Source: Mobula hypostoma (taxonomy: Eukaryota). From it: DNA of 64,000 nt. A program made the translations under genes and the position numbers. The notes beneath the pieces were generated by a model, which was not told the DNA's origin, ran no database searches, and worked only from the letters and a program-made list of their open reading frames with translations. Below are positions 51,310 to 64,000 of the stretch, one piece after another; position 1 is the stretch's first letter; each line of letters opens with the position of its first letter. Location of the stretch: assembly GCF_963921235.1 (NCBI RefSeq), contig NC_086097.1, positions 33,854,001 to 33,918,000 on the forward strand, given 5' to 3'.

Positions 51310-52082
51310 CCAGACATAGAGGCTGGGAACATCTTCTCACTGACAGTCAACACTGGCGCACCTCAAGGATGCATGCTGAGCCCACTGCTCTACTCTCTGC
51401 ACCCACGGTTGTGTGACTAGGCACAGCTCAAATGCCATCTATAAATTTGCCAACAAACAACTATTGTTGGCAGAATTTCAGATGGTGACAAGGAGGCATA
51501 CAGCAGTGCGATAGGTCAGCTGGATAAATGGTGCAGCAATAATAACTTTGCACTCAATATCAGTAAGACCAAAGAACTGATTGTGGACTTCAGGAAGGGG
51601 AAGTCGAGAGATGACACACCAGTCCTCATTGAGGGGTCAACAACGGAAAGGGTGAGCAGTTTCAAATTCCTGGCTGCCAACTTCTCTGAAAATCTATCCT
51701 GGGCCCAAAATATTGATGCAATTGCAAAAAAAGCACAATTTCATTTGGAGTTTGAGGAGAGTTGGTATACCACCAAAGACACTCACAAATTTCTACAGAT
51801 GTACCCTGGAGAGAACTCTAACTGCTTGCGTCACTGTTTGTATGGAGGATCAAATAGTGTCCACCGTGGACACTAGCCTCCCCAGCAGCGAGGACACCTT
51901 CAAAAGGTGGAACCTCAAAAAAGTAGCATCCATCATTAAGGACCTCCATCACCCAGGACATGCCCTCTTATCATTGCTACCATCAAGGAGGAAGTATAGA
52001 AGCATGAAGACACACTCAAAGACACACTGCTGCCACAAATTTCAGGACATTTTCTCATGATATTAAACCTGATTCTGATTCA
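51310..52082 (+). mobile_element. Rex1/Babar LINE 3' fragment
   Basis: [51 protein letters not shown] tail. Confidence 0.85.
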
Positions 52083-53244
52083 GGTTCTTATTGAACCATT
52101 GTTTGAACACAGGAACACACTGAAATAGAAGTAGGAGCAGGATTTTAAATAAGATCATGGATGATCTATGCTGGCCTCTGCTCATCTTCTACATCAGCTT
52201 CCCATAGTCCTCAGTCTCTGCTCTTTCAAAAATTTATCTACTTTCAGCTTAAATACTTCGAATCATCTCACCTCCATAATCCTCGGTGAATTCAGAGTTT
52301 CATCATTCTCTGTGAAAAGAAATTTTAAACGGTGTTTGAAATGACCAGTTGTCTAAATATCTTCTACTGTATACAAGGATTTTACAGATAGCAAAAGTGG
52401 TGATAAGACTTATCCAATTAAATTAATCCAAACATGTTCAGATTTAACTTTGAAGTGCAGATCTTGGTTCTGGGCATGAGGTAGTTAATTAAAATACTTA
52501 TATTTCATGGGAATAAATGTTGAGTGAGCATTTTAACTACCTGATAAATTTATTGCTTCTCATTGATTTCCTCTGCAGGTTGGATGAGGCTGGTGGGGAG
52601 GAAGATTATTTTTGCTGTTAAGAGAGAAGAGCTGACATTCAGAACATCCTTCTCACAGACTAACTGATTTCAGTTTATGGCCTCCTGGGCAATGACACAC
52701 ATGAATTTGTATACTATCAGTTGAACTCTAACAGCTTGGATTCATGAAGCTAAATATTTTCAATGGTCAAGTCTCTGGCATTAGAATCATACATAATTTC
52801 CACAGGAAAAATTTTAAAATGATGGTCAGCAAAGGCATATTGGAATGAAAGCACATCCTGTTGGAGCAGAATATTATATTAGAGACATGAACAATCCACT
52901 CCAACTTAAAAGCAGAGGCTGCCTATGGCCAGAAACGATATGAATGCACAAACTGAGAGCAGGAATTGACCACTCGACCCTGGAGCCTGCTCCATCACTT
53001 AATAAGATTTTGTTGATCAGATTAACTTCATCTTTCCATCCCTGCCTTTCACTCCCTTATGAATCTTTTAACCTTTAACTTAAAGTCATTCAAAGACTCC
53101 TCTACCCATTGAAAATGAGAGTTGCGAAGACGTACAAGAACGTTTATTTTCTTGTGGCGGACTCATTATTATACAGAGATTTTTCACCTTTCACCCTTGA
53201 CCCATGATCTCTCGTTCTAGTCCCACCCAAACTCAGTGGAAAAT

Positions 53245-53990
53245 GCTTGATGTTGGGTCTCAACCTGAAATTTTGACTGACACCTTTTGAATGATCTGCT
53301 AAGTTCTTCCAGCGTACTTTGCCCTATCGTCTGTCTGAACAACTTTGGGACTTGAATGCTGGAACTACTCACCGAGATGGACAGAGTTTGTGGGAAGGGT
53401 CATGCTGCTGATACTCCGGTCAATGATCTCTATGGTGGGAGGGATCATTCATCTGGGACATTAGCTCTGGCTTCCTCTCCAAGGAGATTCCCTGGCCTGA
53501 TGAGATTTTCCAGTAAATTCTGATTTTGTTTCGGATTTCCAGCATCTGCATTTTATTTTACTTTGGAATCCATGGTCAATTCTAATGTACCTCAGTGTTC
53601 CTTTCACCACAAGTGCTGCCTGACCCGTTAGGTTTTCCCAGCCTTACCTTTTATTTCAGATTTCCAGCAACTCCTGTGTTCTTTATCTGAGTTCCAGCAG
53701 CTTTTTCTCCTCTCCTCTGTCTTCTCTCTACTTATACCTCTTCCTTTGTCTCCCCATCATAACAGAAAACAGTCTGTGGCTTCTGTCTCTTCTCAGATTC
53801 CAGCCTGTTAGAGTTGTTTCCTTTGGTGTTTCCCACCCACCCCATGTGCATGTTCCTACTCCTGGAGAAAAGATCAACAACATGAAATATTACCTCTGTT
53901 TCTTCCTGCACATATGCTTCCTATCCTGCTGACCATTTCCACTATGTTCTGCTTTCATTTCAGATTTACACAGTCTGTAGTACTTTTCTT
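53245..53990 (+). repeat. Cluster of old degenerate Penelope termini
   Basis: Several decayed GCTGCCTGACC-GCTGAG-TTTCCAGC...TTCAGATTTCCAGCA units. Confidence 0.5.
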
Positions 53991-54007
53991 TTCAAATTCA
54001 GCATTTA

Positions 54008-54488
54008 CGAGGGGTGATTGATAAGTTTGTAGCCTAAGGTAGAAGGAGTCAATTTTAGAAAACCAAGCACATTTATTTTTCAACATAGTCCCCTCCTACA
54101 GGTACACACTTAGCCCAGCGGTCGTGGAGCATACGGATCCCTTCTTCGTAGAAGTGATTCACAACAGGGCTGATTGATAAGTTCGTGGCCTAAGGCAGAA
54201 GGGGATGAGTTATTAACTTCAAACTATCTGCATAATCGCTCAAAGAGTTGAACTGCATGTGCATGTAACAAGAGCTGTATAACTCATCTTCTACCTTAGG
54301 CCACAAACTTATCAATCACCCCTGCTGTGGACCACCTGGAGGTCTGAGACGCCGACTTCTACAAAGAAGGGATCCGTATGCTCCACAACTGCTGGACTAA
54401 ATGTGTAAGTGTAGGAAAAATAAATGTGTTAGGCTTTCCAAAATTGACTCCTTCTACCTTAGGCCACGGACTTATCAATGACCCCTCG
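54008..54488. mobile_element. Mariner-derived palindromic MITE
   Basis: TA TSD; TIR CGAGGGGTGATTGATAAGTTTGTAGCCTAAGGTAGAAGGAGTCAATTT; both arms carry the mariner C-terminus; an inner pair of TIR copies is present. Confidence 0.9.
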
Positions 54489-54949
54489 TACAGTATATCC
54501 CTAATTGATGTGAAGAGAATGTTACAGTCAGTGGAACTGCTGCTACCTGGATTTTGGAAGAATTTGCATTCTGCTGTTTGCAGCTAATTGGGGACCAGAG
54601 GGCACAGATCCGAATAGAAGGATGCCCCTTTAGAACGGAGATGAGGAGGAATTTCTTTAGCCTGAGAGTGGTGGACCTGTGGAATTCATTGACACAGATG
54701 ACTGTGGAGACCAGGTCATTGGGATTGCCAAAGAGACAAACAAACAAAGCAGGCCAAACAGCCCCATTTTGTTCTGAAACATTATATATTCTCATTCTCT
54801 TTAAAGTTCCTCCTACCAAGGCCAGGTTACGACTTGGATAGGAGGGAGGGGGTTGGGGAGGTTTGGTCCCAAATGTCCGTCTGGTGTAATCATTGTTTAC
54901 TTTATCCCATTTTGGATTTTAGCAATCTGCTCTTCTTTTGAGTCTGCAC

Positions 54950-55235
54950 CAGCATAATTGCACAGCTAGTGCAGTTGCTGCTCACAGCTCCAAAGACCCA
55001 GGCTCAATTCTGACTTCAGGTGCTGCCTGGAAAAAGTCTGCAAGTTCTCTTAGCCACTGTGTGAGTTTTCTCCTAAAGACATGCAGGTTGGGAGATTAGT
55101 TAGTTACTATAAGTTGTGCCTTGTTTGCTGTAGAATCTGGGAATTGTGATGAATATGAGGGGAGAATAAATTAGGATCTGTGCAAATGGGTGTTTGATAG
55201 TCAGCACTGATTGAGTGGGAAGAAGAGCCTATATT
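54950..55235 (+). mobile_element. Degraded V-SINE
   Basis: tRNA-like head GCTCACAGCTCCAAAGACCCAGGCTCAATTC; V-domain remnant. Confidence 0.6.
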
Positions 55236-58045
55236 TATCATTGCCCTGATGCCTCTAAACCAAAATTAGGATATGGATGACGATAGAATCATGAGTCAAA
55301 TCCATGACAAGCACCCTTTGAGATGATGCACCACTCACAGATCTCAAGGTTGTACACAGTATACATACTTTGATAATAAATGTACTTTGAACTTTAATTT
55401 AAATTATGTTCTTCACAGCCTTTCATTCAGAGGCAGAAACAGTGCACTGCTCTGACACAGGGTTGTATTAATTGTGTTTATTTAAAGATGCACATCGCAT
55501 TACATGTCAAACATTTTTAAGGATTGTATCAATATTTTCTTGATAAGATATCTTCTGTAGGTTGCTCTGGATACAACATAATGTGCAGACATTCTGTCCT
55601 ACCCATCAGTCATGGGATGATAATACATTCAATTAATTTAATTTTTTACATTATATAACCTCAGTTTATACACATAAATCCACATCAAGTGCCATTCACA
55701 GTGCATTAGGTCACATTTGTCCTACAATTTTTCTAGATATGCATTTGAATAAATATTTATTGCATGACTTTTACAATTTACACAAGATATTGCCATTTTT
55801 CTAAGAGAATATATAGATTAACTTAGAAATTGAAACTGTATTGAAATTGTACTTAATTGCTTGGGATACCAATGAAGTCTCATGGTTGCTATGGAGATCA
55901 ATGCACTGTGTTCCTATCCCACAACCAGGCCTATGCTATTCTATTCAATTTGAACCAATGCAAATCAGTTCTTGAGTGAAATATAAATATAGCAGAACTG
56001 AGTACAGGCCAGCATTTATATAGCACCTCATCAAATAAGTTACTTTCAAAATACAATCATTACTGTTCTGAAGTAAAATGCACCACACTGCAAGATTGTA
56101 CGAGCAGGTAGGGAAATGAAGGATCAGTGAATTTTTAATGGTTGAGGGAGAACGTTGACCTGGATACCTTCTTCCTCTTCCACTTCTGATGCTAAGGGAT
56201 GGATTACTCCAATATAAACTGGCAGGAAGTTTCTTACATTGGAATGATGGATATTCCTGATCCTGTAACCTGGAATATTGGATCAGAGGTGCATGGTGCA
56301 AATAAAGAGAAACTGAGCAACTGTGAGATAGAAATGCCCTAAAATACTTTCGCTTGTTCGCTAGATTGAGGGACCCAATGAAGCCAGCGGCAGGACCAGG
56401 AAACCTACTTCAATCTCTCAGTCAGAAGCTGATCAAACAGCATTTTTTCAGAACTACTCCAGGGTATCAGCTGAAGTGTAAACCCATAGCCTGGGGTACA
56501 GCCACTGCCAACCATCACAGGGTTTATAAAAAAAAATGGCCGACTGTGTCAAACTGAAGTTGACGACTAGAGGTTACACTGGCAATGTTTTATTCAATAG
56601 AATTTGGTTTTCCAAAGAAATGTTTGCTGATAATTGACCTCACACAAATAGCATAGATTCTAAATGGGCTTTAACTTTAAAAAGAAAACATTTATCAAAG
56701 TCTTTATTGTGAGGAACACAAGTGAGAAGGAAGGTACTATGCATCTCGTTCACCATCCATCGTACCCATGTGGTGTGGTTTCACAAGTGGCCATCGTTTC
56801 TTGCTACTGAGATGCAATCTTATTTTTTTTCCAGTTCTGTTGTTTGTCAATTAAAAATATTGCTGAGACAAGTATTCAATATCATTCTAGTGCTGAAAAT
56901 CTGTCTGGAAACAATTTCCCTAGTAACTGTCATTTACAGTCACCACCAAAAATTCAAATAAAGGTCTGTACCAAATTATAAGGATTCTATAGGACAGCCT
57001 TCACAACAGTACAAATCCAAAACAGGAAACTGATCACAGGCTCTAATATAATAACATCATTTACATGTTTTATTTAATGACTGAGGTTAATTTTTTAACT
57101 TTATAGAAACATTCCATGTTTAATTTTGAAAACAGAATCTAAAAGCCGTGAACATTCATTCCTTTGTAACCCATAACCCATCAAAAATACCTCAAAAGGA
57201 AATATATAAGACACACACACACACATACTTTAGATCAGTTCAGTAATATTTCTTTTATCATGCACACTTTCATTGTCAGTCTTTCAACATCAAATTGGCT
57301 CCCAACCTGCTAATAATGATTTTACTTTAGGCTAAAGAAAAAGGGTAGTACATCAGATATTGTGCACCTCCCTTCCACACAAACATGCCGACTAGGTTTC
57401 TGGTCTCGCTCAATGTATGCTGAAGAGTTTAAACGTTTCTAGAATGCAGAGGGTAATTTTTCTCACTCATCTGAGATATTACTTAGATCACTCTAAATGC
57501 CAACTGTCCGTACAATTGCAACAGAACTGTTTTACTGGAGCTGAGAGTATTATCTCATTCTCAGCTTACTGTGAAGCACAAGGTTGACAGATTTGATGGG
57601 GGTGGGGGTGGTGGGTCTAAATTCAGTGGTTACCTGGGATTTGATTCACTTTGATGGACAGCTCATTGATGGCAGGAGAATCTGCTGACCTAACTTTTTA
57701 AGGTATCATATCAGATGCTGAGTATAGTAGCAGCATCAACAGTTTGTGCAAGGCAACTGTTGCAATCAGGATACTTGCATGTAACGAGTACTGATATAAT
57801 TATAAAAGTGACATCCTCTGTCTCCTTGAAAAGGATAGATAAAATTGCCTACTAATTTGAATTGACAGGCAATTCTGCTGAATTTGGATAATTTCTAGTT
57901 ATATGGCCAGTATTTTCATAATACCACCAGAATGGAACAGGTTGTACATGGAACATAGCGGAAGAGGTTGATCTAAAGAAGACAATTCTGTAAAACTCGA
58001 TAGCGAAGAAGCTAAAATCTGAGGCAAAAACAGAAGGTTCTAGAG

Positions 58046-58127
58046 CAGGGGTTCCCAAACTTTTTTTTATGCCAAGGACCAATACCAGTAAGCAAGGGGT
58101 CCATGGACCCTAGGTTGGGAAACCCTG
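58046..58127. mobile_element. 82-bp hAT (Charlie-like) MITE
   Basis: TIRs CAGGGGTTCCCAA / TTGGGAAACCCTG; 8-bp TSD TTCTAGAG/TTCCAGAG. Confidence 0.88.
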
Positions 58128-59829
58128 TTCCAGAGACACTCAGTAGTTCAACACCCGTTGGGAGACACAAGTTGACATCACATATTTTTTTCTGCAATAC
58201 ATCATACCATACACTTGGATAACTCTGGTTTTGGGAACTTCAGCAGCAATACAGAATACACAAATGTATTAAAAACATCTAATAAAATACCCACTCTTTA
58301 TATAACAATCTCTTAATAAACTCTCTTTTACAGCATTTAATTGAAATATCAATAGAATTCAGACAGAAAAATAGCTTTTTTCCCCTTCCCACTCCCAATG
58401 CAATTTCAACAATTGTCTTTCCTTTTACAGCACATCCTCAATTATCATTCTCCTTTAGTTATAAACTTTACATTGTTGAGAATGCTCAAATACCTAATAT
58501 AACTTCGGAAGTTAATTTATGGAAAAAATATCATTTATTTTGTAGGTTCCATGAAAATATAAGATTTCAACCTTTTCATTCCTTTTATCCCCAAAATTTG
58601 TAACTTATTTCAACAGCCATCCACAAAATGATGTTAATTTGTAAGTGAGATTAGGTAATTTGAATTGCAAAAAAGCAAAACAGAGAAAGACAATCAGCAA
58701 TCTTCACACAAAGATAAATTGTCACTCACTGGTTTATACCATCTCACCCTCCTACCCTGTTCATTCTCAGTTTCGTCTCTCTGCATTCAATTTCTTGCCA
58801 GTTTTCAAGGACTTGCCTGCTGTTGAGAAAATCAAACCAGATCACTGATGCTTGCCAGCTGCCACTCTCCAAATGCCACAAAGAATTGATTGCTAATTCC
58901 TTAAGGGCAGCAAACTCAGATTAATAATTCTGATTCACCCTGAATTAAATCCTTAGATCCCTAGATTTGGATGAGCCAGGAAATGAAGTGGACACAGGTG
59001 TCTTCAGATGCTGGAACCTGGGGCATTGCACGAGATGCTGGAGGGCCTGCTGAGTTCCTTCAGTGTCTCATGTCTTGCAAATGAAGGAGTGTGACTTGTT
59101 TGTGTATCCCTAAGTTAAGAAGCAGGGTTACCTCTGAGTCAAGGTTATCCATTCATTTCCTTTCTCTTCCTCATTAACTTGCACTGTCCAGAACAGAACC
59201 TGAACAGGAGGGGATGAATGAGGAGATATTCAGGTGGCAGTAACTTGTGCTATTAGTTTTTGTAACTTTAATCTCTATTCTCTCCTTTCCGACACTGCTG
59301 CACATATTTAATTTCCACCTTTGACTGCAATGACCATAAGAGTAACTCAGTGATGAATTTAAAGACAGCTGTGGTTCAGTTGCCAGCTTCCTTGCTTTCA
59401 TACCTCCATCTCCATATCTAAGGAAGGTCACACTTGACTTGGTGTTGTTGTAACACTGGGGAGGTGGGGCACTCCAAAAATAAAATTGGAATAAACTCAC
59501 TGGAGTGAAGAGCACTGAGGGGGACATGATTAAGAAGTGCTGACAGTGTTAATGTTTGCAAGTACCTTGTTCAGGGGACATTATGCGATAAATCAGCTGG
59601 AAATAAAATTACTCAGAATGTTATATGTCTTTGAAATGATGAAACCCGAGAAGACTGTGAATGTTTAATAGTTGAACATGTTTAAGGCCGAAATCAACAA
59701 GCTTCTGAACAGCCAAGGACGTGTGCAACAGAAGAGGAGGGGGATCAGACATGATCCTATGGAGTGGCAACCCCAGCTTAAGGGGGCTAAGTCTTCTGAG
59801 AAGATTTTGGGTGTGTCACATGTGCATGA

Positions 59830-60160
59830 AGATCACATTTAATGCACCAGTGCAGTTCTGAGAGGAAAACAACACCATTGCCTCCAGTGTAAAGCTTTGG
59901 CCCCGTCCGCACTATTAGATGGATGTGCACTGTACAGAGATGCTTCTGCTGAGCTGATTTATCTCTTGGTCTACTTCTATAAAGCAGAATATATGGTCAC
60001 TGTTGGATTGCTATTTGTGGGAGCTTTCTGTGCATAAATTATTTGCCACATTTCCTGCATTACAACAATGATCACTCTTTGCAGGTGATTTATTGGCTGT
60101 AAAGTGCTTTGGGATGCTCTGAGAAAGATGTGAAAGGCACTTTATAAATGTGTGCCTTCA
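59830..60160 (+). mobile_element. Deu-SINE (SacSINE1/AmnSINE1-like)
   Basis: TTGCTATTTGTGGGAGCTT-CTGTGCATAAATT...TTTCCTGCATTACAACA...ATTGGCTGTAAAGTGCTTTGGGATG...GTGAAAGGCACTTTATAAATG. Confidence 0.75.
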
Positions 60161-60984
60161 TCTCACTCACGGTGGGAAGATGGCAGGATTCATCACACTC
60201 CAATTCTATTGTCGTCATTAGACAATCACCACGAGGGCAATCATGAGGCCATTCCCAATAAGCCCCATTCCATCATACTTTCCTTCATGAAACACTGAGC
60301 AAACGAGACAATACCGTTCAGGTCAGTGGTTCCCAGTCCAATAAACATTTATTTGCTGGTAATATTACAAGCTATGGACTGAATTGGTCCCCTTTTTAAA
60401 AAAAGTCACACAAGTGGTTGGGAACTTCTATGAATCCTGACCAGCATTTTAACAAAGTGAGCACAGATTCCCTTCCTGACATTTTCTCCCTTGGCAATAG
60501 CTCATGCTGGGGTTTTGTACCATCATTTCCCCTCAGACAGACAGCTAACTTTAGGCAGCCATGACAGGACATCTACACAATCAGAAGGAGACACTCATTC
60601 CCCCTCTCCCCCAACACCAATGAAATACCTGGTTGTCCAACTCAAGAATATATTTCAAAGGTGGACCTTCAAGAGTTCTATGGAGCTGTGATTATCATAA
60701 GTCAATCAGTAAATTATTCCTACAGGTTTACATTACAATATGGGCTGTTGAATCCTGTGAAAATATTGGGATGTGTGAGAATGGCTTTGATTATCTATAT
60801 TTTGTAGACTTATTTGAAGTAAAATGCCAGTTTATAACACTAGCATGTGCATTCTTATGCACCTAGAGGACCAATCAGATTTTATCAATCCTCTAAATTC
60901 GTCCAGCAGGCAAGACCATAAATACTTAAATCAATAACCTGCAAAGTCGAAAACATTTAACTAACTTTTCAATGTCCTATCATT

Positions 60985-62766
60985 CAGCTTTCAGCTTATC
61001 CATTTTATTGCCACAATACCAATAAGATGGACTGTGTTCACATTAAAATATAAAATGGCAGTATGAAAAGGTGCACCAAGATTCTTTACATATGGGAATT
61101 ATTGTGCATTTGCAGACACTACGAGGGAGTTGCAATGCAAACTGATCACAGTTGTACAAAATGTGATAGTTTGCTTCAAAGACTCACGTACCCTATCACT
61201 GTAAATAGGATTCCAAGCAGCTGAGTAATAACACACTCATAGACAGGCAGGTTAATTCTAGATGTTTCTATCATGTAATATGTGCTTTATAGTAGAACAA
61301 TTATATCTACATATATATTTAAAATTTATACGATCATTTCACTACTTCCAGAACTGGCTTTTTGTTTAATTTGTAGCTTGCTAAAAGTCAAGTGATGATT
61401 TGCAATTAAAATAGTTTCAAAAATCATTGTCAATTTTACATTAAAATTGAAATACAAGATCAATAGGCATTTTTAAAGATGTTGCCAGTATAGCAATTAT
61501 GTCTACGTGTATATTTAAATTCATATGCCAATTTCATCATTTTCTAGAATTGGCTTTCTGTTTAATTTGAAACTTACCAAAAGCCAAATGATGATTTACA
61601 GTCAAAAAGTAGCTTTACAAACCATTCTTAGTTTCATATTAAAACTGTAAATATAGGATTAATTAATAACACGCATTTTTAAAGACATACCATACCTAGT
61701 TGTATGGCCTCTATCGGATTTGGAAGAAAAATTAATTTGCTCTTTGTCTTTTGCCTTTCAAGCAGAAAGCAACCATTAAATGAGAAAATATATAAACTAA
61801 AGGGCTTGCATCCCTTTTCTTCAATTTTCCAAGACAGTAAAAAAAAATCAAGAAGTCCCTACATAGAGACTTATGCTCCATGTGTTCACATTATGTGCAG
61901 TGATGATGGCATATACAGTCATATTTATATTGCCAAAAATATCATTAAATTTTGATGGAACCATATTGCACCATATAATTCAGTTGAAGAATGAGTTCAT
62001 TCATGTTTATCACAGCAGGAACAAATGAATTAAATGTTTAAAAATGATACAATGTTCAGTTTTCATAAAAGAACTCTATCTTCAGTATGCTCTCTATATA
62101 GGTGTATATATTTATATATTAACATAGTATCAAAATACTATGAATCAAAATTCAAACTTAAAGTCAGCATACATACTTTCCTATTAAAATGTACAAGTTT
62201 AGCATTTTCGTTCATTCTTTAAGCTACAGTCACCAAATATACAAATGATCTTGTTCAAGTCCACACAATTCCAATATATACTCTTTATATTTCTGAATAA
62301 AAACAAAGACAGGCTTAAACATGTATTGTGGTCCCTACTGAAAATCAGGTCAGGAAAGACTGCTTAACAAATTGCTTCCCACACATAATACGTGTGGTGA
62401 AGTCCTGTGAAATAAAAAATTGATCTTCAGCACTCGTGCTGTTGAACACATTGTAATTTTGTGCTCATGTGAACAAGCAAGAGGCTGTAAAACAAACAGG
62501 AAATCCAGATGTGGAGACAAATTGCTAAACCACAGGCGTAATTCTTAAAAACTCCATAGGAGGGAGTGAGCGCTCCTTATTTGACTTCAGTGTACACCAA
62601 TCAGTCAGCAGTCTTCTTTTCAAATAATAGTCTTGGCTCTGTGTGAAAGGCTGCTTTAACTTTCAAAATAGCCAAAAGAAAACATTCTTTATAAATCAAA
62701 GAAAGATACAATAGCAGCTTAAGAAGGTTCTTTTTCTTGATGGAATCCATTCACGCTCAGACATGC
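60985..62766 (-). other. SLC24A4: SLC24A4 3' UTR (minimum extent, to a candidate poly(A) signal)
   Basis: Follows the stop codon; AT-rich with no recognisable transposons; minus-strand AATAAA at 61004-61009. May extend to further signals (e.g. 55756-55761). Confidence 0.6.
61291..61691. repeat. Diverged tandem duplication (~200-bp unit: 61291-61486 and 61487-61691) in the SLC24A4 3' UTR
   Basis: Shared CAATTAT-TCTAC-T-TATATTTAAA, AGAA-TGGCTTT-TGTTTAATTTG, TGATGATTT and GCATTTTTAAAGA. Confidence 0.9.
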
Positions 62767-62919
62767 TTAAATGCTGGCATGGCACATTGGCAGGTTGACA
62801 AATGTAAAGACATTGAATTCAATCATGATTGAGAAACACAAGAAAATAGCGTAGAGGACCAGCACATAAATACCAAGCTTTTTATCCAATTTCCATCCAT
62901 TCACGTGGATACCAGCCAC
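62767..62919 (-). CDS. SLC24A4: Last coding exon of sodium/potassium/calcium exchanger 4 (NCKX4)
   Basis: Minus-strand acceptor tgtgattccag|GTG, then VAGIHVNGWKLDKKLGIYVLVLYAIFLCFSIMIEFNVFTFVNLPMCHASI*. This matches the recalled NCKX4 C-terminus (YVLVLYAIFLCFSIMIEFNVFTFVNLPMC) better than NCKX3. It lies directly upstream of RIN3, as in mammals. Confidence 0.95.
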   Translation of the reverse strand: MAGIHVNGWKLDKKLGIYVLVLYAIFLCFSIMIEFNVFTFVNLPMCHASI

Positions 62920-63329
62920 CTGGAATCACAAACACCTTCAGTTACTACAGCAGAATTGAATACGGCCTCCTTATATACCGATAGCCGGTAGCTTTGAAGA
63001 TTAAGAATCGAAAAATATCTTCTAACTCAATACATGTAGTCTTCATGGAATTAGAGTTAAAATAAAAAAAAAACAAAGCAGAATGCGATGAAAGAATATA
63101 AAGTGCATCTATTATCTATTTTCCAAATTTTTCAGAGATGTGATTCGAACCAGCATTGAACATTTAGTAAAGATTTCTGTTGAAATTGTTCCCACTAGGA
63201 AGCTGACTTGGGCAATTCACTTCAGCTAATGACATCGCGCCCTGTACATTTAGGCATAAATTGGAGCCCATGATTTTTGTTCAGATCTGATAAAATGACT
63301 AGAAGTAGGAACAAGCAATAAAAAAATAA

Positions 63330-63650
63330 AGGTAAAAGATTAGCTTTATTTGTCACTTCTACACCGAAACATACAGTGAAGCGTGTAATCTAATCAAATC
63401 AGTGAGGATTATACCAGGGGGCAGTCCACAACTGCCACCACATTTCTGGTGCCCACAGACCATGCCCACAATTTACTAACTCTAATCTCTGGAACGTGGG
63501 AGGCAACTGATGCACTCAGAGTAAAACCATGTGGTCGTGGGAGGACATACAATCTCCTTATAGGCAGCGGCGGGAATTGGGCCCTGATCTTACAGTTAGT
63601 GCTGTAATAGTTTCACGTGAACTGTTATGCTGCAGTACGGCAATGAGACA
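63330..63650 (-). mobile_element. V-SINE in the last SLC24A4 intron
   Basis: Reverse complement of the family seen at 31825-32135. Confidence 0.65.
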
Positions 63651-64000
63651 TTGCTTAAAGGATGTGTATATGATATTGATGTCCTGAGCATGGCAGCTGC
63701 TGAGTGTCTGATAAATCTTTGTTCCATTTCCTCTCGGGTAGCTGTATCCTTTGTCAGGTACATGATACTCCACGTGTAGTTTCACCAAGTCAATTTGATG
63801 CTCAGAATAATAGAAATCTCCATCCCTGTTTTCTCAGGCACTATTCCAGCCTTTTAACACATTCCACAACAGAAGTGTCTGTTGTAACCTCTGGGCCCTT
63901 CAGAGCTGAATCGAGTATTTCACACTGGCAAAGGGCCAGTTGTGGCACAAGGTAGACAGACAATTTATATGAGGATGGGGAATGGCTACGCTAATTGAAG

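Noticed and set aside
52580..52622. Strong plus-strand acceptor followed by LDEAGGEEDYFCC* (looks like a prenylated C-terminus)
   Set aside because: No supported upstream exons, and too short to assess.
1..64000. Prokaryotic systems (CRISPR, retrons, defence islands, operons)
   Set aside because: The sequence is eukaryotic intronic/intergenic DNA with no repeat-spacer array or gene-dense region; all RT fragments are LINE-derived.

Overview
Vertebrate, repeat-dense genomic DNA, almost certainly from a cartilaginous fish and probably a ray (inferred from HE1-like V-SINEs, SacSINE/Deu-SINE remnants and abundant CR1, Rex1 and Penelope copies). Two minus-strand genes that the ORF track does not call were found by reading splice sites by hand. 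One is the last coding exon plus 3' UTR of SLC24A4/NCKX4 (CDS 62919-62767). The other is the first three coding exons of RIN3 (40664-40615, 40347-40173, 5324-5210), covering the N-terminus and start of the SH2 domain, with a ~35 kb intron 2. The recognisable ORFs in the track are decayed transposon fragments; most of the rest look like noise. No intact autonomous element and no clearly new biological system was found. The best oddities are minimal hammerhead-ribozyme motifs in Penelope-derived elements, a TSD-flanked chimeric insertion that captured foreign sequence, a fully palindromic mariner MITE built from two transposase 3' ends, a perfect 25-bp fold-back repair scar, a uORF with a very short first intron in RIN3, and local duplications in putative regulatory/UTR DNA. 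Repeat boundaries are by eye (tens of bp) unless a TSD or TIR is quoted. Comparisons to human proteins and known repeat families are from memory.
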